From contig CAVZBY010000002.1 in NCBI GenBank assembly GCA_963773685.1, forward strand, positions 274,038 through 338,037: DNA of 64,000 nucleotides, written 5' to 3'. The notes under the pieces are model-generated. The model ran no database searches and was not told the origin of the DNA. It worked only from the letters and a program-made list of their open reading frames with translations. The DNA is from Candidatus Aminicenantes bacterium (GTDB lineage: Bacteria; Acidobacteriota; Aminicenantia; Aminicenantales; Saccharicenantaceae). This document shows positions 38,441-49,960 of the stretch, in pieces (position 1 is the first letter of the stretch; the number at the start of each line of letters is the position of its first letter). The position numbers and the translations under genes were made by a program.

Positions 38441-41225
38441 ATGTTCAAACGATCGTGCGTTCTGATCCTGCTCCTGGCCGCGGTAGCGGCGGCGGGATGG
38501 GCGCAGCTCGCCCAGACCGGCTCCATCGTCGGCAAGGTCAGGGACGCGCAGGGAGCGCCGCTTCCGGGCGTCGAGGTCGTCCTCAGGTCGCCCGCCATCA
38601 TCGTTTCCCAGATGGCGACGGTGACGAATGAGAACGGCGGCTATCGATTCCCGTCGCTTTCGCCGGGGATCTATGAGCTGACCTTCACGCTCTCCGGATT
38701 CAATACGCTCGTCCGGAAGGAGATCAAGGTCAGCATCGGCCAGACGGCCTCGATCGACGCGGCCCTGGACGTCAAGACCCTCGAGGAACAGGTGACCGTC
38801 ATCGGGCAAGCCCCGGCGGTCGATCTCAAGACGACGACCAAGAACATCAACCTCGAGACGGCCTTCCTGAGCTCCATCCCGGCCGTCCGCGACCTGGCCA
38901 CGTTCGTCAACATGACCCCCGGCTTCACCTCGGACACGTCCCACGGGAGCTCGGTCCGGGACAACACCTACAATCTCGACGGGGTCAACCTGGGCGATCC
39001 GACCGTCGGGACGCAGGCCGTCTTCTTCGGGCTCGACCTGATGGAGGAGATCTCCGTCCAGTCCGGCGGCCTCTCGGCCGAGTACGGCGGCGTCCGGGGC
39101 GCCATGATCAACGTCGTCAGCAAGTCCGGAGGGAACCAGTTCAGCGGCGCGGCGTCCTTCTATTACCGGAACGAGAAGTTCCAGTCGAAGAACACCGCCG
39201 GCACGCCCCTCGAAGGGCGGCTCAGCGGCTTCAAGTACGAGATGGAGCCGATCTTCGATCTCGGCGGGCCCATCCTCAAGGACAAGCTCTGGTTCTTCAT
39301 GAACCTCAGCTTCTCCAAGAACCAGACGTACGTGGACGGCTTCCCCTACGACAAGACGGCCAACACGCCCGTGGACAGCTACATGCCCTATCCGTACATC
39401 AAGTTCAGCTTCCAGCCCGATCAGGGGAACAAGTTCATCCTTTCCTATAATTATTCCGACATCAAGTACACCAACCGTTTCGCCGACAGGTTCCAGACCG
39501 AGGACACGACCGTCAAGCAGGTCACGCCGACCCACGTCTTCAACTTCCAATGGACGCGGTTCTTCTCGAGCGACCTGTTCGCCAACCTGCGGGTCGGCTA
39601 CGTCAAGTCCGACTTCAACATGCTGGCCAAGACCGCGCTCCCGAACCTCTACGAGGTCACGACCGGGAACGTCTCGGGAAGCTACGGCAACGACGACCTC
39701 AACAAGAGGGACCGGCTCCAGATCAACGTCGACGCGACCCGGTTCATCGACGGGCTGGCCGGCTCCCACGAGCTGAAGTTCGGCGGGGAGTTCATGTACT
39801 CCTGGAGCTACTGGGGCCTGCATTGGAAGACCGATCCGCAGGAACGGCATGTCCTCCATCAACACCTGGGGCGGCGAGCCCTGGTACGGGACCTATTACG
39901 CGGACCTCGACAAGCACGAGAACACGATGAACTCCGCCGCCTTCATCAACGACTCCTGGACGCTCAATAACCGTCTGACGCTGAACCTGGGCCTGAGATT
40001 CGAGCACCAGCGCGGCATCATCCCTCCCCAGAACCAGGGCGAGGGGGAACAGAGCCTTTACGGCTACACCTACAATCGCAGCGTGACCAAGAGCCTGACG
40101 CCCCTGAAATGGACCACGCTGGCCCCGAGACTGGGCGGGATCTTCGACCTCACGGGAGACGGGAAGACCCTGGTCAAGGCCAGCTTCTCCCGCTACTACG
40201 CGGCCAACCTCACCCAGTGGTTCTCCTACCTCAATCCTAACGACTTCGTTGTGGCGCTGGACATGCTGAATCCCGACTGGTCCCGGGCCGACACGCCGTT
40301 CTATCATTTACGTTCCCGGCAGCAACACGGCCGGATACGGGGACCATAAGCTGAAGAACCCGTACATCGATGAGTTCACGATCGGCGTCGAGCGCGAGGT
40401 CATGACCGATCTTTTCGATGGGCGTCCGCTACATCAAGAAATGGGACAGGAACCTCATCGAGGACGTGAACGCCAACATGCTGGACATGGACGCGCTGAT
40501 GGACCGGGGCGAGCTCATCTGGAAGAACTGGGAGGCCGTCACGGTGACGGACCCCTATGACGGGAGCACGCAGACGTTCTACAGCCAGACGGCCTTCCCG
40601 GCGGCCGTCTATTACACCGTCAATCCTCCCGGCGCGGAGCGGAACTACGACGGCTTCGAGGCCACGCTGAACAAGAGGTTCTCCGGGAGATGGGGCCTGT
40701 CGGTCTCCTACACCTATCAGAATTCCCGGGGACTCATCGGAACGGATTTCAACGACAGCTACGGCGCCCGCGGCTATTTCGACGACCCCAACTGAGCACA
40801 CGAACGCGTTCGGGCACATGAACCTCGAGCGCCCGCATCAATTCAAGGTCCAGGGCATGGTCAAGGGGCCCTGGGGGATCATGGGCAGCTGCTATTACCG
40901 GTACCTGTCCGGTCAGCGCTACACGCGGAAGATCAACAGCACCGATCTCGGCCTTGATCTGGGCCAGGGGGACACGACCATATACGCGGAAAAGCGCGGG
41001 TCCCGCGGACTTCCGGCCTTCAACGTTCTCGACCTCCGGCTGGAAAAGACGGTCCGCCTCAGGAGACTCGCCCTGAGCGTGTTCGTCGACGGCTTCAACG
41101 TCTTCAACGCCAACAAGGCGACCGGGGTGGAGGACCTGTCGGGCAACGCAAGCCGGGTCTTCGGAGAGATGACCGCCATCCAGAACCCGCGCATCTTCAG
41201 GCTGGGGGCGAAGTTCGAATTCTGA
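38441..41225 (+). CDS. TonB-dependent receptor with a carboxypeptidase-regulatory-like domain (TBDR #2), about 4 frame shifts near 39840, 40310, 40400 and 40795
   Basis: Signal peptide MFKRSCVLILLLAAVAAAGWAQ, GSIVGKVRDAQGAPLPGVEVVL..NGGYRF..LSPGIYEL. The body is spread over ORFs 38375..39970, 39849..40349, 40418..40795 and 40818..41225 and ends ..RLGAKFEF*. Confidence 0.7.
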
Positions 41226-41250
41226 TCTGACCTATATAGATCCTTTTCGC

Positions 41251-41283
41251 GGGAGAGGGGCGACGATAAGTCGCCCTTCTCCC
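41251..41283 (+). terminator. strong stem-loop after TBDR #2 (perfect 14-bp stem GGGAGAGGGGCGAC-GATAA-GTCGCCCTTCTCCC)
   Basis: Starts 26 nt after the stop codon. There is no clear U-tract, so it may be a partial terminator or RNA-stability element. Confidence 0.45.
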
Positions 41284-41348
41284 GTTCCTCCAACCTCTCG
41301 AACGGCTCCCCTTTAACGTTCCCGGACCTCGCGCGCGGGCCGGTCCGA

Positions 41349-41377
41349 TTGACAACGGGCGCAGGGCGGGATACGAT
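41349..41377 (+). promoter_or_regulatory. sigma70-like promoter candidate (TTGACA, 17-nt spacer, TACGAT) for the TPR-protein gene
   Basis: Sequence match about 40 nt upstream of the 41414 start. Confidence 0.3.
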
Positions 41378-41413
41378 AAATCCGTTAGAGCATGTCATCA
41401 CAGGAAGGATAGG

Positions 41414-42352
41414 GTGAGCCTCATGAGGAACGATCGCTCTCGTCTTGCGGCATGGGCTTTGGTCGCGGCCGTGCTATTCTGCGTCCAGAACCTGCCGGGC
41501 CCGGTCCAGGGCACGGTCAAGGGCGTGATCAAGGACAAGAAGGGAAATCCCCTCGAGGGCGCCAAGGTCACGGTCGTATCCATCCTGTACTCCGCCGTGA
41601 GGTACACGCTCAAGACCAATGCCAAGGGGGAGTTCATCCAGATCGGCCTCCAGCCCGACTACTATCAGATCAAGGCCGAGAAGGACGGGTTCCTGCCCTG
41701 CGTTCACGGAGAAGCACGTCGGCATCCAGGACATCGTCGAGGTCGTTCTGGAGCTCGAAGAAGGCAAGTACTTCATCGGGGCAGTCCCCGGGGGACAAGG
41801 ACTTCAAGCTGGGCAATGAGCTGTTCGTGGCCGGGAAATACGCCGGAGGCCGCGGAGGCCTACAAGACCGCCATCGGCAAGGAGCCGGGGGAGCCCGTCT
41901 ATTACGGCAATCTCGGATCGAGCTACCTGAAGCTCGGGAACATCGACGAAGCCCTGGCCGCGTTCAAGAAGATGCTCGAGGTCCAGCCGGAGAGCTATAG
42001 CGCGAATAAGAACATCGGCGAGATCCTCGGGGCCCAGAAGAAGTACGAGGAGGCGCTCCCGTACTTCCAGAAGGCCTCGGAGCTGAGCACGTCCGACCCG
42101 GACGCCTTCTACAATCTCGGGGCCTGCCTCGTCAACCTCCAGGACTACGAGAAGGCGGCGGCGGCCTTCACCAGGGCGATCGAGCTGAAGCCGGACCTCG
42201 CCCCGGCTTATTATCAGCTGGGGATGATCTACGTCAACCAGAACAAGAAGCCCGAAGCCATTCAGAACCTGGAAAAGTTCGTCGAGCTCGCGCCCGACGA
42301 TCCGAACGCCGCCGTGGCCAAGCAGATCCTGGCGTTCCTGAAATCGCAGTAG
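41414..42352 (+). CDS. carboxypeptidase-regulatory-like domain plus TPR-repeat protein, 2 frame shifts near 41700 and 41830
   Basis: Signal peptide, then GTVKGVIKDKKGNPLEGAKVTVVS..TNAKGEF..LQPDYYQIKAEKDGF, then a TPR run (..EAYKTAIGKEPGEPVYYGNLGSSYLKLGNIDEALAAFKKMLEVQPES..AFYNLGACLVNLQDYEKAAAAFTRAIELKPD..YYQLGMIY..). Confidence 0.5.
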   Translation: MSLMRNDRSRLAAWALVAAVLFCVQNLPGPVQGTVKGVIKDKKGNPLEGAKVTVVSILYSAVRYTLKTNAKGEFIQIGLQPDYYQIKAEKDGFLPCVHGEARRHPGHRRGRSGARRRQVLHRGSPRGTRTSSWAMSCSWPGNTPEAAEAYKTAIGKEPGEPVYYGNLGSSYLKLGNIDEALAAFKKMLEVQPESYSANKNIGEILGAQKKYEEALPYFQKASELSTSDPDAFYNLGACLVNLQDYEKAAAAFTRAIELKPDLAPAYYQLGMIYVNQNKKPEAIQNLEKFVELAPDDPNAAVAKQILAFLKSQ

Positions 42353-42379
42353 GCCGCGGGCGGGACCGAGGAGAGGACG

Positions 42380-44140
42380 ATGACCGGACAAGGACGGAAT
42401 TGGGCGCTCTGGCGTTGATCGTCGGAGGGGCGTTCCTGTCCGCCGGCCCGGCTCCGGCCGCGGCGGCCGCGGCGCACCGGGCCCCGGCGCCGTCCAGGAA
42501 GCGAAGAAGGCCGAGCAAGCGCCCGGCCCTCTCCGAGAAATACAAGAAGTGGCTGGACGAGGAGGTCGTCTATATCATCTCCGAGAACGAAAGGGACGTC
42601 TTCCGCAGTCTGCGGACCGACGCCGAGCGCGAGAACTTCATCAAGATGTTCTGGAAGCGGCGCGACCCGACGCCGGAGACCCCGATCAACGAGTTCCGCG
42701 AAGAGCACTACCGGAGGATCGCCTTCGCCAACGACACGTATTTCGAGGGGAAGGCGGGCTGGCGATCGGACCGGGGAAGGGTCTATATCATGTTCGGCCC
42801 GCCGGATTTCTTCGAGACGAACCCGGGCGGGGGAAGGGGCTTCCTCCTGGGGACCAACGCGCCCACCGCCGAGTTCCCGTCCGAGGTCTGGACCTACAGG
42901 GAGATCCCGGGGCTCAAGCTCCAGGAAAGCCGCGTCGATTTTACGTTCGTCAATTATTACGCCGCCGGGCTCCTACCAGCTGACGGACAACCCGGCCCTG
43001 GCCAACGCGCTCCGGAACATTTCGGTCCCCGCTCGCTACGCCGGATACAACGACTACCCGAGGGACAATAACTGATTCACCCCGACCGAGATCGCCGGAA
43101 GGTCCCAGAAGCCTACAAGCAGCCGCTCCAGCAGCTCCAGCTGATGGCCGAGCTGACCAAGTCGCGGGGAGAGGTCCTCGAGGAGCTCGAACGGAGCTCC
43201 CGGCAGAGGAAGCTCAAGGGGATCGTCGAGTCCAAGGCCTCGGTGAGCGCCTTGGCCGTCGTCTTCGAAGCAAAGCTTCCTCCGCGGATCGAACGGGATG
43301 ACCTACGTGCCCATGGTCCTCGAGGTGCCGGCGAAGGACGTGGAGTTCCGTCCCGTCAAGGACAGGTACCAGGGCCTCGTCAACTTCTATATCGAGGTGA
43401 AGGACGCGGACGGGCCGGTCTTCCAGAAGAGCGACAGGCTGGAGATGAACCTCAAGGAGGACAGCTACCGGCGAAGGGTCGCGGAGAACTATCAATATCT
43501 CCAGGGCGCGAGCCTGAAGCCCGGCCGGTACTTCCTCCACCTGGTCGTCTGGGACGAGATGAGCGGCAAGGTCGGCTATTCGGACCGCTGGATCGACGTG
43601 CCGGACATGGCGTCCGGAGAATTCGGCGCGAGCGATATCATCCTCGCCCGCGACATCCGGAGGCTCGAGGAGAAGACGCCGGAGGTCACGATCGACACGA
43701 AGGACCTCCCGGCCATGAAGACGCTCCGGACGACGGACCTCAAGGTCCCCGACAAGATGAGCATGCGCGGCCGCGGGGCGGCCCTTACACCTTCGGAGAT
43801 CTGGACGTCAATCCCGGCCATGACGCTCGGTCTATGCCAAGGGCGACGAGCTGGCCTATTTCTATCAGATCTACAACGCGACCTTCGATGAGGCCCTCGG
43901 CGTCGCCCGACTCCGGATCGAGGAACGGATCCTCAAGGGCGGCCAGACGGCCGCCGAGATCGCGCGATTCCGGCGACTTCCAGGTTCCGATCGCCCGCAA
44001 GACCGAGCAGGGGGATCAACCGGGGCAACCGGTTCCGCTTGCCGGACCTGGCCCCGGGGAAGTACGAGCTTGTCGTCCGGGTGAGGGACATCTTCTCGGG
44101 GAAGACCTCCGAGAAGAGGGCGGCATTCGAAGTGAAGTGA
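42380..44140 (+). CDS. GWxTD-domain protein #1 (Acidobacteria-type), several frame shifts
   Basis: GAGGAGAGGA ribosome-binding site. ..EKYKKWLDEEVVYIISENERDVFRSLRTDAERENFIKMFWKRRDPTPETPINEFREEHYRRIAFANDTYF..KAGWRSDRGRVYIMFGPPD.. contains the eponymous GWxSD motif. The pieces are collinear with GWxTD #2, and the gene ends ..ELVVRVRDIFSGKTSEKRAAFEVK*. Confidence 0.5.
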
Positions 44141-44215
44141 ATCCAGAAAAACGAATCCAATTCAAATTATTGGATAGTTCCCGTCGGCATGAGCCTTCCC
44201 GAGTCATTCTACTTA

Positions 44216-44232
44216 AATATTATGATATCATC
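44216..44232. promoter_or_regulatory. palindromic Fur-box-like operator candidate (AATATTATGATATCATC) in an AT-rich island about 250 nt upstream of TBDR #3
   Basis: TATGATATCAT is an 11/12 palindrome and resembles the TGATAAT half-sites of Fur boxes. It sits in an unusually AT-rich 160-bp stretch in front of a TonB-dependent receptor. Confidence 0.25.
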
Positions 44233-44472
44233 CACTTAGTCTCGAGTTCCAATGGCCATCACGGGATGGCACCGAACTTGCATAATACCGTAGGACAGGA
44301 AGGTATCTTGACAGGGGAGGAGTATACAGCCGACAAACCATGCAGAGAGCTCGGAAGGGCGGAGCGCCGTGCCCGGCATGGCTCTCCCGAGGGATTCCCG
44401 CGAGGCGGGAAGGAGCTTCGCGGGAGGGGGAAAACAACAAGATCCCATGACCATGGGATTCGGAGGAGTTGA

Positions 44473-47400
44473 ATGACCTTAAGAAAGCTGTCTTTTGTCT
44501 GTGTCGCTTTTCTTTTGGTGGCTTCTCTCGGAATGGCCCAGTCCAAGGATACGGGGAACTTCGTCGGGACCGTTTATCGACGTCGAGGGGGCCCCGCTCC
44601 CGGGCGTCACGGTTACGGCGAAGAACATCCAGATGGGCCTGGTCCAATCGACCGTGACCAACGACAGCGGGCGAGTACCGGATCGAGAGGCTGCCCCGCG
44701 GAATGTACACGCTGACCGCGGCCATCCAGGGCTTCAAGACGACGACCCGGGAAGGGCTCGAGCTCTCGATCGGCGGCCGAGAGTCAAGGTCAACTTCAAC
44801 CTGGAGATCGGAAAGCTCGAGGAGAATATCACGGTCATCGGCGTTTCGCCTCTGGTCGAGACGACGCGCGCCCAGGTCTCCACCGTCATCACCGAGAAGG
44901 AATTCCTGAGCTATCCGCAGGGCAACCGTGACTACACGTCCCTGATCGCCTACGCCCCGGGGACTTTGCCCGGCGCCGGCCGTTCCGGCTACGCGGTCAA
45001 CGGGATGCGCGGCTCTTCGAACAACTTCCAGATCGACGGCATCGACAACAACGACAACGGCACGGCCACCAATGCCGTGACGAGCATGCCGCCCGAATCC
45101 ATCCAGGAGTTCCGCCTGGTTTCCAACAACTTCTCGGCCGAGTACGGCCGGAACTCCGGCGGCGTCATCAACGCCGTCATGAAGTCCGGGACCAACGAGT
45201 TCCACGGCAGCGCCTGGATCTTCCATCGCGGGGGCAGCGCGCTGTTCCAGAGCGAAGACTGGCTGACCCACGACCTGCCTCCCTACAAGAGGTACCAGTA
45301 CGGCGCGACGGTCGGCGGCCCCATCATCAAGGACAAGACGTTCTTCTTCGCCTCGTTCGAAGGCGTCATCCAGGACGACGAGGCCCGGACGCCGCAGACT
45401 GTTCTTCACGCCGGAAGCCATCGCGCGGGCCCGGGACCGGCCAAGACTTACTTCGACAAGTACGGCTCCACCTATCCCAAGCCGACATACGATTTCGTCG
45501 ACATCGACGGCGACGGCCTCGTCGACGCCGGCAAGTATGTCTGGGACGGGACGACCAAGACCCGAGGCTACAACTTCGGCCTCAAGATCGACCACATCTT
45601 TTCCGAAAAGGACCGTATAGCCGTCCGCTGGCTCTTCAACACCTATAATTACGAGTGGGATTTCGCCGCAGCTTCCCGGTATCGTCAAGAAGAATCCCTA
45701 TTCCTATCACACCGGCGGCTTGACCTGGCTGCACCTCTTCAGCCCGACCACGTACAACGAAGTCCGGATCGGCTATCACCGGGACTACGCGGATTGGCCG
45801 CGGCTCGCCCCCGAGGTTCCGTCGATCGGCGGCTATTCCTTCGCCGACGACGTGACCGTCATCGGCGACTACCCGAACATGCCGCAGAAGTTCGCCAACA
45901 ATACCTATCAGCTGGTGGACGTCCTGAACTTCCAGGTCGGCAACCACAGCATCAAGCTCGGCGGCGAGGCCAGGCTCTGGAATTCGGACTCGACGTTCGA
46001 CGCCAACGTCGCGGGGAGCTTACTATTTCATCGATTCGACGTGGTTCCTCTATGACCTCGGCGCCTATTACCTTGTCATCGGGGCTGACCCGCCCAATCC
46101 GCCCGAGGGCAACCCCTACGTCACCGGCGCCGCCAGCGGCGAATGGAAGACCTGGCGATTCCCATCGGAAATGGCAAGGCTTCGAAGGCGGCCTGTTCGT
46201 CCAGGACGACTGGCGCGTGACGGACAAGCTGACCGTTTCCTTGGGCCTGAGATGGGAATACTACGGGGTCCCCAAGGAAAAATCCGGAGTGGGCATCAAC
46301 ATGCCCGCTTTCGGGACCAAGGCCGGCTTCGATGCGAACCCGAAGCAGATCATCGAAGGGAAGTTCGGCGAAGAGGGGATCAAGTACCTCATTTTCGACG
46401 GACGCCAGCAGCTCGGCAAGGGATTGTGGAATCCCTATTACAAGGCCTTCGCTCCCAAGGTCAGCTTCGCTTACGACCTGACCGGCGACGGCAAGACGTC
46501 GCTTCGGGCCGGGGCGGGCATCTCGTACGACCGGACCTTCAATAATACGTACGAGAATGACCGGTTCAACTATCCCGACTTCACGTTCGCGTCGATGGGC
46601 GGAGGGTACGGGTACGGCACGCCGTACATCAACGTCACTTATCCCGGGACCGTTCCCGCGGCGAACATCCAAGGATACAGGGCCGCCCTGCGCTGGATGC
46701 TGCCCGACCTCCTGCCTCAGAAGGCATATAACTGGCTGGTCGGCGTCCAGAGAGAGCTTTCGACGAACGTCTCCATCGAGCTCAACTACACCGGCTCCAA
46801 GGGCATGAACCTGGGCTCCATCCAGAGGCCGAACCGCTTCACCGGGGACAGGCTGGACGGGATCGCGGACGGGATCAACGCGTACACGGCCATCCGCGAC
46901 CTCAACCTGCGGACCCAGAACCTGAAGTCCGACTACTCCGCCTTCACGGCGACCATCAACAAGAGGTTCGCCAACGGCTGGTCCTGGTACACGGCCTACA
47001 CCTACGGCATCGCCAAGGACCAGAACTCCGACTATTTCGGGAGGCGACACGCGGAGCGGCACCGTCATGGAAGCCGTCTCCAACGAACGGATCGGCGACG
47101 AGTACGGCTACGCCCAGTTCGACCGTCGGCACAGGGTCGTCGGCGGCATGATCTTCGACATGCCCTTCTTTAAGAACTCCAAGAACTGGTTCCTGAGGAA
47201 CGTCGTCGCCGGCTGGCAGGTCTCCACCAATTTCCACTTCACCTCCGGCGCCGGCCGTTCACCATCAGGTCCACCTCGTCCTCCTACGATTGGAACAAAG
47301 ACTACGACTACAACGACAGGCCCCTGTGGATCGGACGGAGACAACTACCAGGAGCTCATCACTTGGACGAACGGACAGGCCCGGCTGGGACAAGAGCCTG

Positions 47401-47707
47401 TTCGCGTTCCCGGTTGCCCCGACGGCCGCCAGAGATCTCTCCTACTACGATCAGAATTTCGTCGCCGAGGAACTCGTTCCGGTGGTTCCCGACCCATAAC
47501 ATCAACATCTCCCTGCAGAAGTACTGGACGGTCCCCATGGCCGGGAGGGAATTCACGGTCCAGGCCATCTTCGAGGTCTTCAACGTCCTCAAGTCCTACT
47601 TCTGGGACCTTCCGTCCACGACTCCTGGACGTCCGCCCTGTTCGGCCAATCGCTGCGGATGAGCGGCCAGAGGACAGTCTCAAGTCTCGCTCCGGATCAT
47701 GTTCTAA
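44473..47707 (+). CDS. TonB-dependent receptor with a carboxypeptidase-regulatory-like domain (TBDR #3), many frame shifts
   Basis: Signal peptide MTLRKLSFVCVAFLLVASLGMAQS, ..IDVEGAPLPGVTVTAKN.., ..YRIERLPRGMYTLTAA.. (the CarbopepD_reg domain appears in shifted frames), plug and barrel blocks across at least 6 frames, and a C-terminal ..SLRIMF* aromatic end. Confidence 0.65.
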
Positions 47708-47734
47708 GGTTCACGCGCGCACACGAGCTCACAA

Positions 47735-47772
47735 GCCCTGCCCCGGCTTCGCCGGGGCAGGGCTTTTCTTTT
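47735..47772 (+). terminator. rho-independent terminator (GCCCTGCCCCGGC-TTCG-GCCGGGGCAGGGC plus TTTTCTTTT)
   Basis: Perfect 12-13 bp GC stem followed by a U-run, 28 nt after the TBDR #3 stop. Confidence 0.7.
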
Positions 47773-47815
47773 GAGGCGATTTGAAGCCATGAGCGGAGTC
47801 TGATATATTTTCAAT

Positions 47816-49960
47816 ATGGTGCGAGGCGGATCTGCACGGCCGGCATCGGTTTCTTTCTGCTCTTCACGGGCTCGGGGGCCCCGGGCCTCGCGGGCGGCGC
47901 AGGGCGAGATCCAACAGGGACGGGAAGCCTCAACGTCCTGCTCGTCACCCTGGATACGACGAGAGCCGACCATATCGGGGCCTACGGCTGGAGCAAGGCG
48001 AGGACCCCGAACCTCGATTCGCTGGCGGCCGGGGGGGTCAGGTTCGCGAACGCTTATTGCCCGGCGCCCGCTGACGCTCCCTTCCCATTGTTCCATCCTG
48101 ACGGGAACCTATCCTCTGTACCATAAGGTCCGCAACAACGGCTCCTACTATCCTGGCCCCGGAGGCCGTGACCCTGGCCGAGAGGCTCCGGGACCGGGGG
48201 TTCCGGACGTCGGCCTTCGTCGCCTCGTTCAACGTCGATTCCCGGTTCGGCGTGGACCAGGGTTTCGCCGTGTACGACGACCGTTCGACGACGACCAGAT
48301 GCTCAAGACGTTCCGGTCCGAGCGCAAGGCCGACAAGGTCGCCGACGCGTTCATCGGCTGGCTGGGGGCGAACGCCGGGAGCCGGTTCTTTTCCTGGGTC
48401 CATTTCTTCGACCCCCATATGCCCCACGATCCGCCCTCGCCCTATAAGGAGGAATTCGCCGGCGACCTCTACGACGGCGAGGTCGCGTTCGTGGACCACG
48501 AGCTGGGGCGGGTCATCGAGGCCCTGCGGGCGAAGGGCATCCTGGAGAGGACGCTCGTCGTCGTCGCCGGCGACCACGGCGAGGCGCTCGGCGAGAAGGA
48601 AGAGCTCGACCACGGCATCTTCATCTACGACGGGACGATGAAGGTCCCGCTGATCTTCTACGCGGACAAGCGCCTGCCCGGCGGGACGGGTCGTCGATGC
48701 CAGGGTCAGGCTCATCGATCTCATGCCGTCGGTGCTGGACATGATCGGGATCCCGGTGAACAAGGAGGTCCAGGGGACGAGCCTCATGCCCTACATCGAA
48801 GGCAAGAGGGACGACGACCTGCCCTGCTATCTCGAGTCCTACTATCCTCCGGAGACCTACGGCTGGTCGGAGCTTCGAGGCCTCGTCGACGGGGACTGGA
48901 AGTTCATCCGCGCCCCCCGTTCGGAGCTCTACGACCTGAAGACGGACCCGAAGGAGGAGAAGGACCTCGTCGCGCGCGAGGCCGGGACGGCCGCCCGGCC
49001 TCAACAGGAAGCTGGACGAGATCATCAAGGCCTACACTTCGAAGACGGAAGCCGGGCCGGAGGACGCTGACCCGGGAGGAGGAGGACCGCCTGCGGTCGC
49101 TGGGCTATATCGGGGCCGGATGCGTCGGTCAAGGTCGGGAAGGGCCCGCTTCCCGATCCCAAGGACCGGATGGACGAGTTCAAGATCCTCTTCAAGGCGA
49201 AGCTTCTGGAGTACCAGGGGGAACTTCACGGAGTCGGAGAAGTGCTATCGGGAGCTCCTCCGCCTCGAGCCGGACGTGTCCTGGCACTATATCGGGCTGG
49301 CCATCCTCCTGGCGAGGGACCGGAGGGTCGGCGACGGCATCGAGGTCCTGAAGGGCGGGCTCCGAAGACTGCCCGATTCGACGGTCCTGATGTCGCGGCT
49401 GGCCAGCTTCTACATGAGGGTCGGGAACTTCAAGGAGGCCTTCGCCATGAGCCAGGCCACCCTGAAGCGCGACCCGCGGCATCTCGACGCCTTGGTCATC
49501 GCCGGCTGGTCCGAGGACATGCAGGGCCGACTGGAAGGAATCGGCCGGGTATTTCGGGAAGGCCCTGAAGATCGAGCCGGAGAACAAGTACATCCGGCTG
49601 AAATATGCCTATGCCCTGGGGGCCCTCGGCCGGGGAGAGGAGGCCGCCCGGATCGACGAAGCTCTCAAGAAGGAGTATCCCGACGACCATCGGGTCCATG
49701 CCGACCTCGGCGATCATCTACGCGTCGATGAACAGGCTGGACCTGGCCGAGGAGAACCTGCGGAAGGCCGTCGAGCTCGAATCCCGGGCCCGATTCCTAT
49801 CTGAGCCTGTGCGGCGATCCTCGAGCGGACGGGCAAGCTCGAGGACGCCATCGCCTATCTGAAGCTGTTCCTCGAGACGTCGAAGGAAGGCGAAACGCCC
49901 CGGATCAACAAGGCCCGAAAGGCCCTCGCGGAATGGGAGCGGCGGATCAAAGGGCGATGA
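47816..49960 (+). CDS. sulfatase-family (alkaline-phosphatase superfamily, Thr-nucleophile type) domain fused to C-terminal TPR repeats, paralog #1, several frame shifts
   Basis: ..LNVLLVTLDTTRADHIGAYG.. (metal-binding DxxxD), ..LTLPSHCSILTGTYP.. (the sulfatase Cys/Ser position is Thr and the Arg is His), ..VVAGDHGEALGE..HG.., then TPRs (..CYRELLRLEPDVSWHYIGLAILL..). It ends ..EWERRIKGR* and overlaps the next start (ATGA). Confidence 0.65.
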
